Below, one piece after another: positions 1-10,579 of a DNA stretch of 64,000 bases; position 1 is the stretch's first letter; each line of letters starts with the position of its first letter. A program made the position numbers and the translations under genes. This DNA comes from Lachnospiraceae bacterium (GTDB lineage: Bacteria; Bacillota; Clostridia; Lachnospirales; Lachnospiraceae), in assembly GCA_045123575.1 (NCBI GenBank), contig JBGVKG010000017.1, positions 15,520 to 79,519 of the forward strand, read 5' to 3'. Below the pieces are notes generated by a model, which did no database searches, was not told the DNA's origin, and saw only the letters and a program-made list of their open reading frames with translations.

Positions 1-152
1 TTTTACGTACATACTATTTCATAAAAAGTATGCTAATCCTTCCCTCTTTTATATACTTAACTTCAATCACTTAACATGTTTTCAAGATAATTAATTATTA
101 TACTTTATTTAATTCGTCAATTCAATACTTTATCAAAGAACTTTCCTATACG

Positions 153-184
153 ACAAAAAATAGACGTTCTCCATCGAAAACGTC
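153..184 (-). terminator. Rho-independent terminator after the nucleoside phosphorylase gene
   Basis: Minus-strand hairpin gacgtt(164-169)/aacgtc(179-184) followed by a U-run (plus-strand A-run 155-160), just 3' of the stop at 200. Confidence 0.4.
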
Positions 185-199
185 CATTCGCAAAATTCT

Positions 200-964
200 C
201 TACATTACCCTTACTGCCAGTTCTAATGCAAGCTCTCCTAGTCTACCTTTTTCTTCTAAAAAGTAAGACTCTCCTAAGCTTCTTCTATCCCACTGTTCTC
301 CGCCTAAGCTATCTGCTGCATATACAAACTGAAACAACTCCTTCTCCCTAAACTGGGCAACTGCTGCCAGTGCTGCACATTCCATCTCTACACATACACA
401 GCCCTGTGCCTTTCTTCTCTTTACCTTCGCCTTAGTCTCCCTATACATCGCATCTGTTGTCCATGTCTTTCCTACTATATACTTGCACTTTATCTCATCC
501 AATAGAGCTGTAAACTCTGGAATATATTTAGGATTTACTGTCATCTCATCAGATGGTGGCAGATAATGATAGCTAAGTCCTTCATCTCTAACTGCCTTAT
601 CTGGAATAATAATAGCACAATCCTTTATATTCTCATCTAGCACACCACAGCTACCAAATACTATTACCTTTTCCACTCCGAGAGCATACATATCTTCAAG
701 CTGCGCCGCTGCTCCTGCTGCTCCCATATCTGTCATATACAGTGCAATTTCCTTACCCTTGTACACCGCTTTATATATTAGCCATCTACAGTTAGCATTC
801 ACTGTTGTAGCTATCTCTTCGGCAGATAAGACCTTTACCAATCCGTCAAATACCGTCCATTCAAAGCAACTGACTGCCACCTTCGGCATTCCTTCCACCT
901 TACTAATAAAATGCAATGGAGATATCATCGCTTCCTTATCATAATCATATTCTTCTAAAATCAT
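200..964 (-). CDS. Nucleoside phosphorylase family protein (PNP/UDP-phosphorylase superfamily)
   Basis: 254-aa ORF. It has a glycine-rich MGAAGAA stretch, FGSCG, and VEMECAALAAV, typical of the PNP_UDP_1 fold. Confidence 0.7.
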   Translation of the reverse strand: MILEEYDYDKEAMISPLHFISKVEGMPKVAVSCFEWTVFDGLVKVLSAEEIATTVNANCRWLIYKAVYKGKEIALYMTDMGAAGAAAQLEDMYALGVEKVIVFGSCGVLDENIKDCAIIIPDKAVRDEGLSYHYLPPSDEMTVNPKYIPEFTALLDEIKCKYIVGKTWTTDAMYRETKAKVKRRKAQGCVCVEMECAALAAVAQFREKELFQFVYAADSLGGEQWDRRSLGESYFLEEKGRLGELALELAVRVM

Positions 965-988
965 AACTTTCCTCCTTTACCAAATATC

Positions 989-2188
989 CTATAGTTTACA
1001 AATAGGCTTATAGCAATGCCAAAACTGCCCTTCAGTCTCGATAACCACATAGCCATTTTCACTAATCCTTTGCTCCAAGCAAGCGATAATCTTACTTTTA
1101 CGGTCTACGATATACTTCTTATTCTCAGGATATTGCTCCAATAATCTATTAAACAGCTCCTCACTATTATCATACCTCATCCGATTTTCCAAGATAGATA
1201 TATCTATTTCTATAAAATACTTACAAAGTATTTCTTTAAATGCATCTCGGCTCTTTTCCTCCTCTTTTATCTTCCTAGTTATAAAAGAGGAATCCACCAT
1301 AACTTCATCTAATATACTCTTCCAAAACAAATGCTCGACACTGACACTATGTCCATTACAAGAGAACATTCCGTCAGAAGTTATATGTTCTGATACTTGC
1401 TTTATTAGATTCTCCTCATCCTTTACAAAACTTAACAAGTAATGAGCCAACACTGTGTTATAAGGTCCTTGCCCCGCAATATCATTCCATACTTCATCAC
1501 CTGTGATATCCCCCCACAAAAGATTAATATGTGTCCCTTCTGCCAACGAACTCTTATGCGTCTCAATAAACTCATTAAAGTTATCCGCCCAGCTACCATG
1601 TATATCCACTGCTACAACATTTATATTTGCCGGAATATCCATCCAATTGTTTCTCCAAACCTTTCCAAAGCCACAACCTATATCCAATACATTTGTATCA
1701 CCCTCTATATTCAATGAATTGTATATCTTCACATACCAGTCAACATTGTCAGCCGTATGCTTCAGTGCATGAAAATGTCTCTCATCAGCCCCTTGATCCT
1801 CTTGAATGGTATGAGCTATCTCTGCCACACTATTCCAATCTCCTTTTTCTTCACTCCTTACAAGCACACTTTTTATACAAGCTATACTTTGCTCAAGCTC
1901 TGCCTTTTTAGCCTCCATAAGCTCCAATTGATTCTTAAGAGAACCGATTACATCCTGATTACTCTTTGCAATAAGATTGTCATATATCTCCTCTAGAGAA
2001 TATCCAATCTGTTTTAATGCAATAATCTTTTCTAATACCTGCAACGCTTCTTTATCATATAATCTATAATTGCCCTCTGAATAATCCGATGGCTTAAGCA
2101 GACCCTTTTCATCATACAATCGTATCGCTTTCTGTGATACGCCTGCCTTCTTAGCTATCTCTCCAGATGTCATCTTTTTATCCATCAT
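989..2188 (-). CDS. MerR-family HTH regulator fused to a class I SAM-dependent methyltransferase domain
   Basis: The N-terminus MTSGEIAKKAGVSQKAIRLYDEKGLL is a MerR-type HTH, followed by a coiled coil. VLDIGCGFGKVW is SAM-MTase motif I. Start moved to M5 (2188) because GGAGGTG sits 4 nt upstream of it and overlaps the ORF-track first ATG. Confidence 0.7.
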   Translation of the reverse strand: MMDKKMTSGEIAKKAGVSQKAIRLYDEKGLLKPSDYSEGNYRLYDKEALQVLEKIIALKQIGYSLEEIYDNLIAKSNQDVIGSLKNQLELMEAKKAELEQSIACIKSVLVRSEEKGDWNSVAEIAHTIQEDQGADERHFHALKHTADNVDWYVKIYNSLNIEGDTNVLDIGCGFGKVWRNNWMDIPANINVVAVDIHGSWADNFNEFIETHKSSLAEGTHINLLWGDITGDEVWNDIAGQGPYNTVLAHYLLSFVKDEENLIKQVSEHITSDGMFSCNGHSVSVEHLFWKSILDEVMVDSSFITRKIKEEEKSRDAFKEILCKYFIEIDISILENRMRYDNSEELFNRLLEQYPENKKYIVDRKSKIIACLEQRISENGYVVIETEGQFWHCYKPICKL

Positions 2189-2206
2189 AATCACCTCCAT
2201 ACCCCT

Positions 2207-2237
2207 ATCCTAATGGGTGCCCCAAGGGTAGAGTCAA
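2207..2237 (-). promoter_or_regulatory. MerR-type promoter with a 19-nt spacer
   Basis: Minus strand reads TTGACT (2232-2237), then a 19-nt spacer ctacccttggggcacccat, then TAGGAT (2207-2212), directly upstream of the RBS/start of the MerR-MTase gene. An overlong 19-bp spacer is the hallmark of MerR-controlled promoters. Confidence 0.45.
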
Positions 2238-2325
2238 GTAATTTTACAAAAATGGCTCATAAACCAAAGCTTTCACTTAGAAATAGTCCTCAGCCTATGC
2301 GCCATTTAATATAATACTTATTTAA

Positions 2326-3003
2326 CTAATTTTTGATTTCCTTTATCTTATGATATATATCCTGCATCTTCTTATCAGTAAGGTTTATGGTCTCTGCACA
2401 CTGACGAAGTTCCTCAGATATAGCCTCTGCGCCATCTATTCCCTTTTTATATTTCACTTGATGCTCCAAAGATGCCCAAAAATCCATAGCAATAGTCCTT
2501 ATCTGCACCTCAACCTTCATAGGCAAAGCCTTGTCCGATAAGAATATCGGCACCTGAACAATAAGATGTAGAGAACGATAGCCATTTGGCTTAGGATTCT
2601 TAATATAATCCTTTATCTCTAGCACCTCTATATCATCCTGTTTCATAAACATAGCCGCCACATCATATATATCCTCTAAAAACGAGCATATAACTCTTAC
2701 ACCAGCCACATCAGAAAGATTCTCCCACACAGCCTCCACAGTCATTGGCAAACCTTTCCTAGCCATTTTCTCTATAATACTCTTAGGATTCTTAACCCTT
2801 GAACTTATAGACTCTATAGGATTACGCTGAGTTTTAAATGCCAGTTCATCATTTAGTATCTCAAGCTTTGTCTGTATCTCCTTTATGGCACATCTGTTAT
2901 AAAGGAACAGCTCTTGCATCTTCTCTGCTTGCTCATACAATTCTGACGGTATTTTTGTAATAGGAGTTTCCTCCATTATTTTTCTTTGTAAACCTCTGTC
3001 CAT
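2326..3003 (-). CDS. Small alarmone synthetase (RelQ/RelP-type GTP pyrophosphokinase)
   Basis: 225 aa, a single RelA/SpoT synthetase domain with GYRSLHLIV and EVQIRTIAMDFWASLEH motifs. No hydrolase or TGS domains. Confidence 0.8.
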   Translation of the reverse strand: MDRGLQRKIMEETPITKIPSELYEQAEKMQELFLYNRCAIKEIQTKLEILNDELAFKTQRNPIESISSRVKNPKSIIEKMARKGLPMTVEAVWENLSDVAGVRVICSFLEDIYDVAAMFMKQDDIEVLEIKDYIKNPKPNGYRSLHLIVQVPIFLSDKALPMKVEVQIRTIAMDFWASLEHQVKYKKGIDGAEAISEELRQCAETINLTDKKMQDIYHKIKEIKN

Positions 3004-3054
3004 TTTTCCACCATTTATCTCTCTTGACTATTATTCCCTTTATTATTCTAGTTC

Positions 3055-4452
3055 TTAACCTCTAGTATTTTCTATAACACTTGTTATATTCTCACTGTAT
3101 ACATCCAATGCCATTGCAATATCATCAACTGCTCTTTGATTTCTTATAGCACTACTATGCATATCAGATACCTTTACATTAAGTTCCTCAAATATGTAAT
3201 CTATCTGATTTACACTAGTATTTTGCTGCTCAATATTTCCATATAAGGATTCGAATTGCTCTCTCAGTCCATTAAAGCTTTCAGTTAGTTGTGTCATAGT
3301 ATCCATAGAAGCATCCATAGCAACCTTGCTACCCTCAAACTTCTCCGTAGTTTGTCTAACACTAGCTATCAATTGCTTCATAGCATCCTCTACTTGTTCT
3401 GAGAACATATCACTCTTCTGTGCCAGTTCTCTCATATTCTCAGCTACCACACCGAATCCCACACCTGCTCTACCTGCACGTCCTGCCTCTACTGACGCAT
3501 TCAATGCAAGTATTGTAAGATTATAAGAAATATCACTTAACTGCTTAGCAAAACCACTTATCTGCTTCATCTGCTCTTCCATAGCATTCAACACATCATT
3601 TGCCTGTGTCATAGCGTCGTCAACTGTTGTAAGATTCGCATTCATAGAATCTACATTATCCCTATTCTCAGACAATGCTTCTTCGAACTTCTTAACTTCC
3701 ACATTCATAGCCTCTATCTGACACTCTGTTTCTTTTATTTTATCATGTACAGAGGCGCAACCCTGTGCTGCATCATCGGCCATTCTAGCTATAACTGACG
3801 AACCTTCCTTTAAGCCTGTGGTACCTTTCTTTATCTGTTCTGAAGATACATCGAAATCATGTTGCAATTCTTCTCCCATAGCTCTCATTGTATCTAATAC
3901 TTCAATTGATTCCTTAGCTTTCTCATTTGATAGACTGATAAACGCCTGGCCTCTCTTAACTACATTATAGTAAAGCCATGCCGCCAGATTAAAACATGCA
4001 TAGCACAAAATGTACTGTCCTGCCGCCCCTGCCTTCTCCGGATGAATAGCCCACATAAGCAACAACAATATATCAACCATCACTATCTGAATTTTAGTAA
4101 ATGACGGTTCTAAAAACAATCCAACTACAGCTATAACTGCTAAATACAATGGAAAATCATCACTATACGATGCGCCACTAAATAAAGAAATCATAAATAT
4201 AAGAAGTGGCAACGCAAAGGACAATATTAACTCCTGGGTCTTTATACTAAGTTTTTTAACTTTTATAACTACTACCATTCCTGCAAATATAAATTCACAT
4301 ATGCTTATGCATATTATTCCCGGAACATTTCCACCGATTATATTTATCACAAGAAAAATCGCAGCTACAATCAATGGTAAATATTGAATTACCTTTACTA
4401 TCTTTTCGTTTTCAATTGGTTTTTTTACTACTTTCTCTTTTGTACTCATCAT
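3055..4452 (-). CDS. Methyl-accepting chemotaxis protein with a polytopic membrane N-terminus
   Basis: 465 aa. Conserved MCP signalling hairpin LTILALNASVEAGRAGRAGVGFGVVAENMRELAQKS, with about 6 hydrophobic segments in the N-terminal 170 aa. Confidence 0.8.
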   Translation of the reverse strand: MMSTKEKVVKKPIENEKIVKVIQYLPLIVAAIFLVINIIGGNVPGIICISICEFIFAGMVVVIKVKKLSIKTQELILSFALPLLIFMISLFSGASYSDDFPLYLAVIAVVGLFLEPSFTKIQIVMVDILLLLMWAIHPEKAGAAGQYILCYACFNLAAWLYYNVVKRGQAFISLSNEKAKESIEVLDTMRAMGEELQHDFDVSSEQIKKGTTGLKEGSSVIARMADDAAQGCASVHDKIKETECQIEAMNVEVKKFEEALSENRDNVDSMNANLTTVDDAMTQANDVLNAMEEQMKQISGFAKQLSDISYNLTILALNASVEAGRAGRAGVGFGVVAENMRELAQKSDMFSEQVEDAMKQLIASVRQTTEKFEGSKVAMDASMDTMTQLTESFNGLREQFESLYGNIEQQNTSVNQIDYIFEELNVKVSDMHSSAIRNQRAVDDIAMALDVYSENITSVIENTRG

Positions 4453-4662
4453 TAAACCTCTCCTTATATAAAATTGTTCACTAGACTAACTACTTTACAC
4501 TATATTATCAAAATATTACACAATATTCAATATTATTATATAATTTCTATAATTAACAAACATTAGCTTATTATATAGAAAAAACATTATCCGCGGTTTT
4601 GAATTATTACCTTAAACCTTGGATAATGCTTCTCATATAACATCTTTTATGGGCATACATAT

Positions 4663-4815
4663 CTATTCATGATACTCTTTATGCTCATCTAGCCCCCAAT
4701 ACTCTTTCATATGTTTTTCCCCTACATTATAGCCCATATTGTTTCTATACCAAAAACTAAATAGTACAGACACAAAACCTATTACCAATAAAACCGGTAT
4801 TAATAATAACAACAT
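4663..4815 (-). CDS. Small (50 aa) single-pass membrane protein, not in the ORF track
   Basis: Minus strand aaaaaGGAGGtttttATG, translating to MLLLLIPVLLVIGFVSVLFSFWYRNNMGYNVGEKHMKEYWGLDEHKEYHE*. A plausible TAGACA-17-TATAAT promoter lies upstream. Confidence 0.45.
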   Translation of the reverse strand: MLLLLIPVLLVIGFVSVLFSFWYRNNMGYNVGEKHMKEYWGLDEHKEYHE

Positions 4816-4920
4816 ATAAAAACCTCCTTTTTCTTATTTTGATATTTAAATTATATAATGCTCATGTCCTTATGTCTATATTCCTGTCTTGAACTACGCT
4901 TTTTTTTGCGTAAATTAAAA

Positions 4921-4962
4921 ATAAAAAGCCAATAGACTTTGAAATTAGAAAGTCTACTGGCT
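4921..4962 (-). terminator. Rho-independent terminator of the pheST operon
   Basis: 14-bp stem agccaatagacttt(4927-4940)/aaagtctactggct(4949-4962), followed on the minus strand by UUUUAU. Confidence 0.7.
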
Positions 4963-4994
4963 CTTTTAATTGATGTATAAATCTAATAGTTCTA

Positions 4995-7424
4995 TTAGCT
5001 TCTAAGCTCTGCACCTAGATTCTTATTAAGCTGTTTTAATATCTTCTTTACAAATGCATCAACTGACTCTGTAGTAAATGCCTCATCTTTTGGAGTAAAC
5101 AACACTGTAAATGCCATACTCTTCTGATTCTCTGCTATCTGAGCCCCTTCATAGATATCAAAAAGTTTAATACTTGTGATATACTTACAAGCTTCCTTCA
5201 TAGTCTTTTCAATCTCTCCACAGCTTACGCTCTTATCTACTACTATAGCCAAATCTCTCTGCTCTTCTGGGAACTTTGGAAGTGGTGTAAACATAGCCTT
5301 TTTTCCATACCACTGTGAAAGCACCTCAAGGTCTATCTCCATAATATACATAGGTACACGCATATCGCATTCATCTGCTACATCATAAGCCAATTTACCC
5401 ATATATCCTATTTCCTGTCCAGCTACGCTTATACTTGCTGTTTGGAACGGATGCAAGAATGTCTTTGTAGTATTGGCATACTCGAACTCAACATGAAGTG
5501 TCGACGCTACCTTCTGTGCCATTCCCTTAAGTGTAAAGAAGCTCTCCTTCTCGCCGAATACCGCTATACAAAGTGTCTGACGCTCATCTGGATACTCTGT
5601 AAGTGGCAACTCCTTTGGTATGAACTTCTTGGCTATTTCATATAATCTTCCTGATAAATTGCCCTTCTTCTGGTTGTTCATTACAGCATTTATCATAGAT
5701 GCAGCAAGTGTTGTTCTCATAAGCGAGAGTTCCTCACTTATAGGATTCATGATACGTATAGCATGACGCTCTGGTGCATCTTCTGGAAGCTTAAGTAAAT
5801 CTAAATCAGATGGTGAGAAGAATGAGTAATGTATACACTCATGAGCTCCTGCACTACAGAGAGCCTTCTTAAGTTTCATCTCTGTCTTTTGAACTGTATC
5901 CTCTCCACCTACTGTTACTTGAGCTGTTGGCATAAATGTTGGTATGATATGTTCATAACCATACATACGGATAACTTCTTCTGCTACATCCTGATATGTT
6001 TCCATATCTTCACGATATGCTGGAATCTGAAGTGTAAGTACATCACCATCAACCTTAGGTTCGAAGCAAAGGTTAGTCATTATACGGACAATATCTTCGT
6101 TTGGTACAGTAATACCAAGCACTGCATTTACCTTAGCGATACTTACCTTAAGCTCTCTTGGCTCTACACTATTTCCAGTGTTTGCCTCAGCATGCATCTT
6201 TGATACCTTGCCGCAGCCCAACTCCTCTATAAGGTGAAGCGCTCTCTTCATAGCCATAACTGTTGCATACTCGTCTACTCCCTTTGCATATCTTGCACTA
6301 GAGTCTGATGATTTTCCTACTGCTCTAGATGTACGACGAATATTGTCTCTTGCAAACTTAGCAGACTCAAATAAAACTGTATTTGTAGTATCCTTAATCT
6401 CTGAGTTTAATCCTCCCATTACACCAGCTAACGCAACTGGCTTTACACCATCGCAAATAAGCATATTTTCTGTATTAAGAGTAATCTCTGTCTCATCTAA
6501 TGTAACAATCTTTTCTCCATCCTTAGCACGACGTACATTGATTGCATCACCTTCTAATGTTGTGTAATCAAATGCATGCATTGGCTGACCAAGCTCTTTA
6601 AGAACATAGTTTGTTATATCAACTATATTTGATATAGCACCGATACCTACTAACTGTAGTCTACGCTTCATCCACAATGGTGAATCTTCTATCTTTACAT
6701 CATGAACAAAATGAGCACTATATCTTGGACAAAGCTCTGGACAGTCAACTGTTACCTTGAAGTTTTCTATAGTAACATCATCCTCTGTATAATCAAGAGC
6801 TGGAGCCTTAAATGGCTTCTCTAGTACTGCTGCTATCTCTCTAGCTATACCTACTATACTCTGGCAATCTGGACGATTAGCTGTTATAGCTATATCAAAT
6901 ATCCAATCATCAAGGCCAAGTATAGGTTTTACATCTGCTCCTACAGGTGCATCATCTGGCAATACCAAAAGACCATTATAATCTGCTCCTGGATACATAT
7001 TTTCATTTACACCTAACTCCACACCTGAGCAAAGCATACCATGTGACTCAACGCCACGTAACTTGCCTTTTCCAATAGTCATTACGCCTTCTACTGTCTT
7101 ATGATCCTTAGCTGTTGCATATACAGTTGCTCCAACTAATGCTGCAGGGAACTTACCACCTGTATGCACATTATCTGCGCCACAGCATATCTGGAATGTT
7201 CCATGCTCACCGCAATCTACCTGACATACATGAAGATGAGTATCTGGTATAGGCTCACACTCTAATACATGACCTACTACTACCTTGCTTATGTCCTTTC
7301 CTACCTCGTATAACTCCTCTACCTCAAAGCCACATGAGAATAACTTCTCTTCAAGCTCCTGTGGAGTAATATCTATATCCACATAATCCTTTAACCAACT
7401 AAGTGGTGCTATCATATTCGTCAC
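4995..7424 (-). CDS. pheT: Phenylalanine--tRNA ligase beta subunit
   Basis: 809 aa. The N-terminus MIAPLSWLKDYVDI is classic PheT, with a tRNA-binding domain, B3/4 and B5 domains and a C-terminal FDX-ACB-like region. It sits immediately downstream of pheS. Confidence 0.95.
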   Translation of the reverse strand: MTNMIAPLSWLKDYVDIDITPQELEEKLFSCGFEVEELYEVGKDISKVVVGHVLECEPIPDTHLHVCQVDCGEHGTFQICCGADNVHTGGKFPAALVGATVYATAKDHKTVEGVMTIGKGKLRGVESHGMLCSGVELGVNENMYPGADYNGLLVLPDDAPVGADVKPILGLDDWIFDIAITANRPDCQSIVGIAREIAAVLEKPFKAPALDYTEDDVTIENFKVTVDCPELCPRYSAHFVHDVKIEDSPLWMKRRLQLVGIGAISNIVDITNYVLKELGQPMHAFDYTTLEGDAINVRRAKDGEKIVTLDETEITLNTENMLICDGVKPVALAGVMGGLNSEIKDTTNTVLFESAKFARDNIRRTSRAVGKSSDSSARYAKGVDEYATVMAMKRALHLIEELGCGKVSKMHAEANTGNSVEPRELKVSIAKVNAVLGITVPNEDIVRIMTNLCFEPKVDGDVLTLQIPAYREDMETYQDVAEEVIRMYGYEHIIPTFMPTAQVTVGGEDTVQKTEMKLKKALCSAGAHECIHYSFFSPSDLDLLKLPEDAPERHAIRIMNPISEELSLMRTTLAASMINAVMNNQKKGNLSGRLYEIAKKFIPKELPLTEYPDERQTLCIAVFGEKESFFTLKGMAQKVASTLHVEFEYANTTKTFLHPFQTASISVAGQEIGYMGKLAYDVADECDMRVPMYIMEIDLEVLSQWYGKKAMFTPLPKFPEEQRDLAIVVDKSVSCGEIEKTMKEACKYITSIKLFDIYEGAQIAENQKSMAFTVLFTPKDEAFTTESVDAFVKKILKQLNKNLGAELRS

Positions 7425-7471
7425 CGAACCTTTCTATTTATTTGGATTGATTTCCATAACCTTAATATTGC

Positions 7472-8500
7472 TTATTTATCATTTAACTGGCCGAGTACCT
7501 TTACATCAGACTCAAATAAAAGCTTAATATTATTGATACCATACTTAAGCATAGCTGTACGCTCAATACCGATACCAAACGCAAATCCGCTGTATACATC
7601 TGTGTCTATACCACAGTTCTCAAGTACCTTGTTATTCACAACACCTGCACCTAATATCTCTATCCAACCTGTACCCTTACAGAGCTTACATCCTGCGCCA
7701 CCGCACTGGAAGCAACTACAGTCAACCTCAACAGATGGCTCTGTAAATGGGAAGTATGATGGACGAAGACGTGTCTTTGTACCCTCACCGTATATCTTCT
7801 TAACAAACTCATCAAGCATACCCTGTAAGTCGCAAAGTGTGATACCCTTATCCACTACAAGACCTTCCATCTGTGTAAACATTGGTGAATGTGTTGCGTC
7901 GTCATCTGAACGGAACACCTTACCTGGTGATAATATCTTAATAGGTGGCTGCTTCTTCTCCATTACGTGAATCTGTCCAGCAGATGTCTGTGTTCTAAGA
8001 AGGAACTCAGGTGAGAGATAGAATGTATCCTGCATATCTCTAGCTGGGTGATCCTGTGGAGTATTAAGAGCTGTAAAGTTATAATAATCTGTCTCAATCT
8101 CTGGGCCTTCAAATATCTCGAATCCCATTCCTGCAAATATATCTATTATCTCATTTTTAACTAATGTAATAGGATGAAGATTACCTTCTGCAACTTCCTC
8201 TGCTGGAAGAGAGATATCTATTCTCTCAGCCTCATATCTAGCCTGTAACTCCTTAGCCTTCATCTTCTCATCTATATCGCCGATAAAACCAAGAGCCCAC
8301 TCCTTTAACTCGTTAACTCCTTTACCATAAGCCGCCTTCTCCTCATTAGGGATGTTCTTCATCTCTTTCATAAGAAGACCTATCTTACCAGTCTTTCCAT
8401 CTAGGAACTTCTTTCTGAATTCATATACTTCTTTTGCCGAATTCAACTCTTCTGCTCCTGCAATAATTTCCTGCTTGATTTGCTCTAAATTTGCATTCAT
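7472..8500 (-). CDS. pheS: Phenylalanine--tRNA ligase alpha subunit
   Basis: Class II aaRS motifs ([43 protein letters not shown]). Start set at MNANLEQ (8500), which is preceded by AAAAGGAG. Confidence 0.95.
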   Translation of the reverse strand: MNANLEQIKQEIIAGAEELNSAKEVYEFRKKFLDGKTGKIGLLMKEMKNIPNEEKAAYGKGVNELKEWALGFIGDIDEKMKAKELQARYEAERIDISLPAEEVAEGNLHPITLVKNEIIDIFAGMGFEIFEGPEIETDYYNFTALNTPQDHPARDMQDTFYLSPEFLLRTQTSAGQIHVMEKKQPPIKILSPGKVFRSDDDATHSPMFTQMEGLVVDKGITLCDLQGMLDEFVKKIYGEGTKTRLRPSYFPFTEPSVEVDCSCFQCGGAGCKLCKGTGWIEILGAGVVNNKVLENCGIDTDVYSGFAFGIGIERTAMLKYGINNIKLLFESDVKVLGQLNDK

Positions 8501-8578
8501 TGCACATTCTCCTTTTCTATATGATTTGTATCGTTTCACCTAGGGAAATAATTTTACTATCATAATCAAATTTTAGAT

Positions 8579-8850
8579 AAAAAAATCGTCCCTTTAGAAA
8601 CTAAAGGGACGAATATATTTACATTTAATCTATCCGCGATACCACCCAGATTCCCACATCATATCATAAATGTGGACTCTCATTATCTGCGTAACGTGCA
8701 GCATCCGTTCTAGACTACTAATCTTCACCTAGACAGCTCCTGTGGGAAATTCAGTACATAACCAGCGCTTAAGGAAACTTACAGCCGATGATTTCCTCTC
8801 TCTTAAAGAATAGCTATAACCTACTATACACAATCATTGCCTTTGTATTT
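8579..8850 (-). promoter_or_regulatory. T-box leader (Phe) controlling pheST
   Basis: Minus strand carries the T-box sequence tctGGGTGGTATCGCGgat (plus 8636-8650). It is followed by terminator hairpin cgtcccttt..aaagggacg (8587-8612) and a U-run. Stem I has an AGAGAG region, and the candidate specifier loop gaaUUUCcc contains the Phe codons UUU/UUC. Confidence 0.8.
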
Positions 8851-8893
8851 TGAATTCTTTAATATAGTATCACACAACTTTTCAAAATACAAG

Positions 8894-10579
8894 CTATTTC
8901 TGTGCTGCAGCCTTCTCTGCCATCTCTGCCTTCATCTTCTGCTTCTTAGCGTACATCATCTCATCAGCCTTCATAACAACCTGTTCAATAGTATCGTACA
9001 TATATGGATCATAAGACTTATATCCCCATGCCATACTTAATGTAGCTCCTGGCACCTCTTTTGAATTCGCTAAGTCTACGTTAATACCTTCACAAGTATT
9101 CATGATTTCATTAACATTCATCTTCTTACAGATAACACAGAACTCATCACCACCTGTACGGTAACATCTTTCTCCTGCTTTCTCTGTAAACTGTTTCAAC
9201 CTCTTTGATATAGCTTTTATAGCATTATCACCACTCTGATGTCCCAGCTTATCATTTATAGTCTTAAGATTATTAAGGTCAATCATAACAATGATTACCT
9301 TCATTCTCTCATACTCGATCTGTCTAAGATCTTCATCAAAGGCACGTCTATTATATAAGCCTGTAAGTGTATCCGAGTACGCCATATTGGCAAAAATTTC
9401 CTTTTTAGTACCTTCAGCAAATAAATCCATCGCCTGATACACTGCCCATACACCTAACATTATGACAAATATGATAGAACTTATTCTAAATAAGAAACCT
9501 CTACATGTCATTGCGAAGGTATAGAAATCCAATAAATCTAATAATACTCCACTTAAAAGTGTAACGAATGCTATAAAGATTAATCTGAAGTTCTTATCCT
9601 GCTTTTCTTTATATTCAATATAATTGTCTATAAATACAATTACACTGGCTATAAATACTGCTATATGTACCCAATGTGTTGTTTCATAGAAATCGGCCAC
9701 ACCAAATAATTGCATTAAAACAATACATATTGCACTAGTAAACACTACTCCAAATACTATAGTGAAATGTTTCTTTATGATACCAACTGCTTTTAATGCC
9801 ATAACCATAGCCACCGGAACTATAGCGAACAACATACATTTCATAAAGTACAGTCCGAAATCATTGCCATTTAAGAACTGGAAATATCCCGACTCCACCA
9901 TACCCCATAATGCATTAAATATAAGATATGCACCGAGGTATAACAACTGCTTCATACTCGATATCCTTCTTACAAGGAAGAATGATATAAAAAGCAAGCA
10001 ACCTAAAACAAGTGAAATATATCCTATAACATACTCCGTCATAGTACTCTTTTGTACGTGTAGATTTACATCACCTTCGTATCCTATAAAGATCTCTGGT
10101 ACAAGACCTGAATATCTTCCATACTCAGAATTGAATTGTATCTCCATAGTCTTACCTGAGTTCTCACTATACATAGGTATTATATGCCATTTACTTCCTG
10201 GAGAATCTCCTATAGGAATATCCTCCCATCCATATGAATATACCTCTACGTTGTTGATTAAAACTCTAACCGAAGTATGTTCTGTCTTAAAGCACAATGC
10301 CATACCATCTGTCATATCCTCGCAAACTTTTCTGATAGAAACAGTTTGACCTACAGGAACCTCAAATGTCTCTGGTATAAAAACTATCTGACCTTCATCC
10401 AAAGAGCTTCCATATACATACCAATCACTTTTAAGAGACGACAACTTTATACCATCATACATACTCTTATTCTTACTGTCTTCAGAACCAAAGTATACAA
10501 ATGCAAAAATTATTGCAAATATGCTCAACATCAATATAAAAAATAATTCATTCCATTTTTCAATAATCTTATCTAACAA
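8894..10579 (-). CDS. Membrane-bound diguanylate cyclase (7TM-DISM-like sensor plus GGDEF)
   Basis: 561 aa: signal anchor, roughly 170-aa extracytoplasmic region, 7 predicted TM helices, and a C-terminal GGDEF domain with intact RTGGDEF. Confidence 0.8.
   Translation of the reverse strand: MLDKIIEKWNELFFILMLSIFAIIFAFVYFGSEDSKNKSMYDGIKLSSLKSDWYVYGSSLDEGQIVFIPETFEVPVGQTVSIRKVCEDMTDGMALCFKTEHTSVRVLINNVEVYSYGWEDIPIGDSPGSKWHIIPMYSENSGKTMEIQFNSEYGRYSGLVPEIFIGYEGDVNLHVQKSTMTEYVIGYISLVLGCLLFISFFLVRRISSMKQLLYLGAYLIFNALWGMVESGYFQFLNGNDFGLYFMKCMLFAIVPVAMVMALKAVGIIKKHFTIVFGVVFTSAICIVLMQLFGVADFYETTHWVHIAVFIASVIVFIDNYIEYKEKQDKNFRLIFIAFVTLLSGVLLDLLDFYTFAMTCRGFLFRISSIIFVIMLGVWAVYQAMDLFAEGTKKEIFANMAYSDTLTGLYNRRAFDEDLRQIEYERMKVIIVMIDLNNLKTINDKLGHQSGDNAIKAISKRLKQFTEKAGERCYRTGGDEFCVICKKMNVNEIMNTCEGINVDLANSKEVPGATLSMAWGYKSYDPYMYDTIEQVVMKADEMMYAKKQKMKAEMAEKAAAQK

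Noticed and set aside
759-944. Numerous 60-195-aa ORFs in the track that lie antisense or out of frame inside longer, motif-bearing genes. Examples: 759-944, 1442-1996, 5176-6567, 7533-7970, 9762-10546, 17329-17553, 30916-31116, 36511-36738, 41404-42422, 48029-48496, 55147-55638, 56140-56586, 63014-63358.
   Set aside because: Each is fully nested in a gene with clear family motifs on the other strand or frame. They lack RBSs and have low-complexity Ser/Leu/Ile/Phe-rich translations typical of antisense frames in AT-rich DNA.
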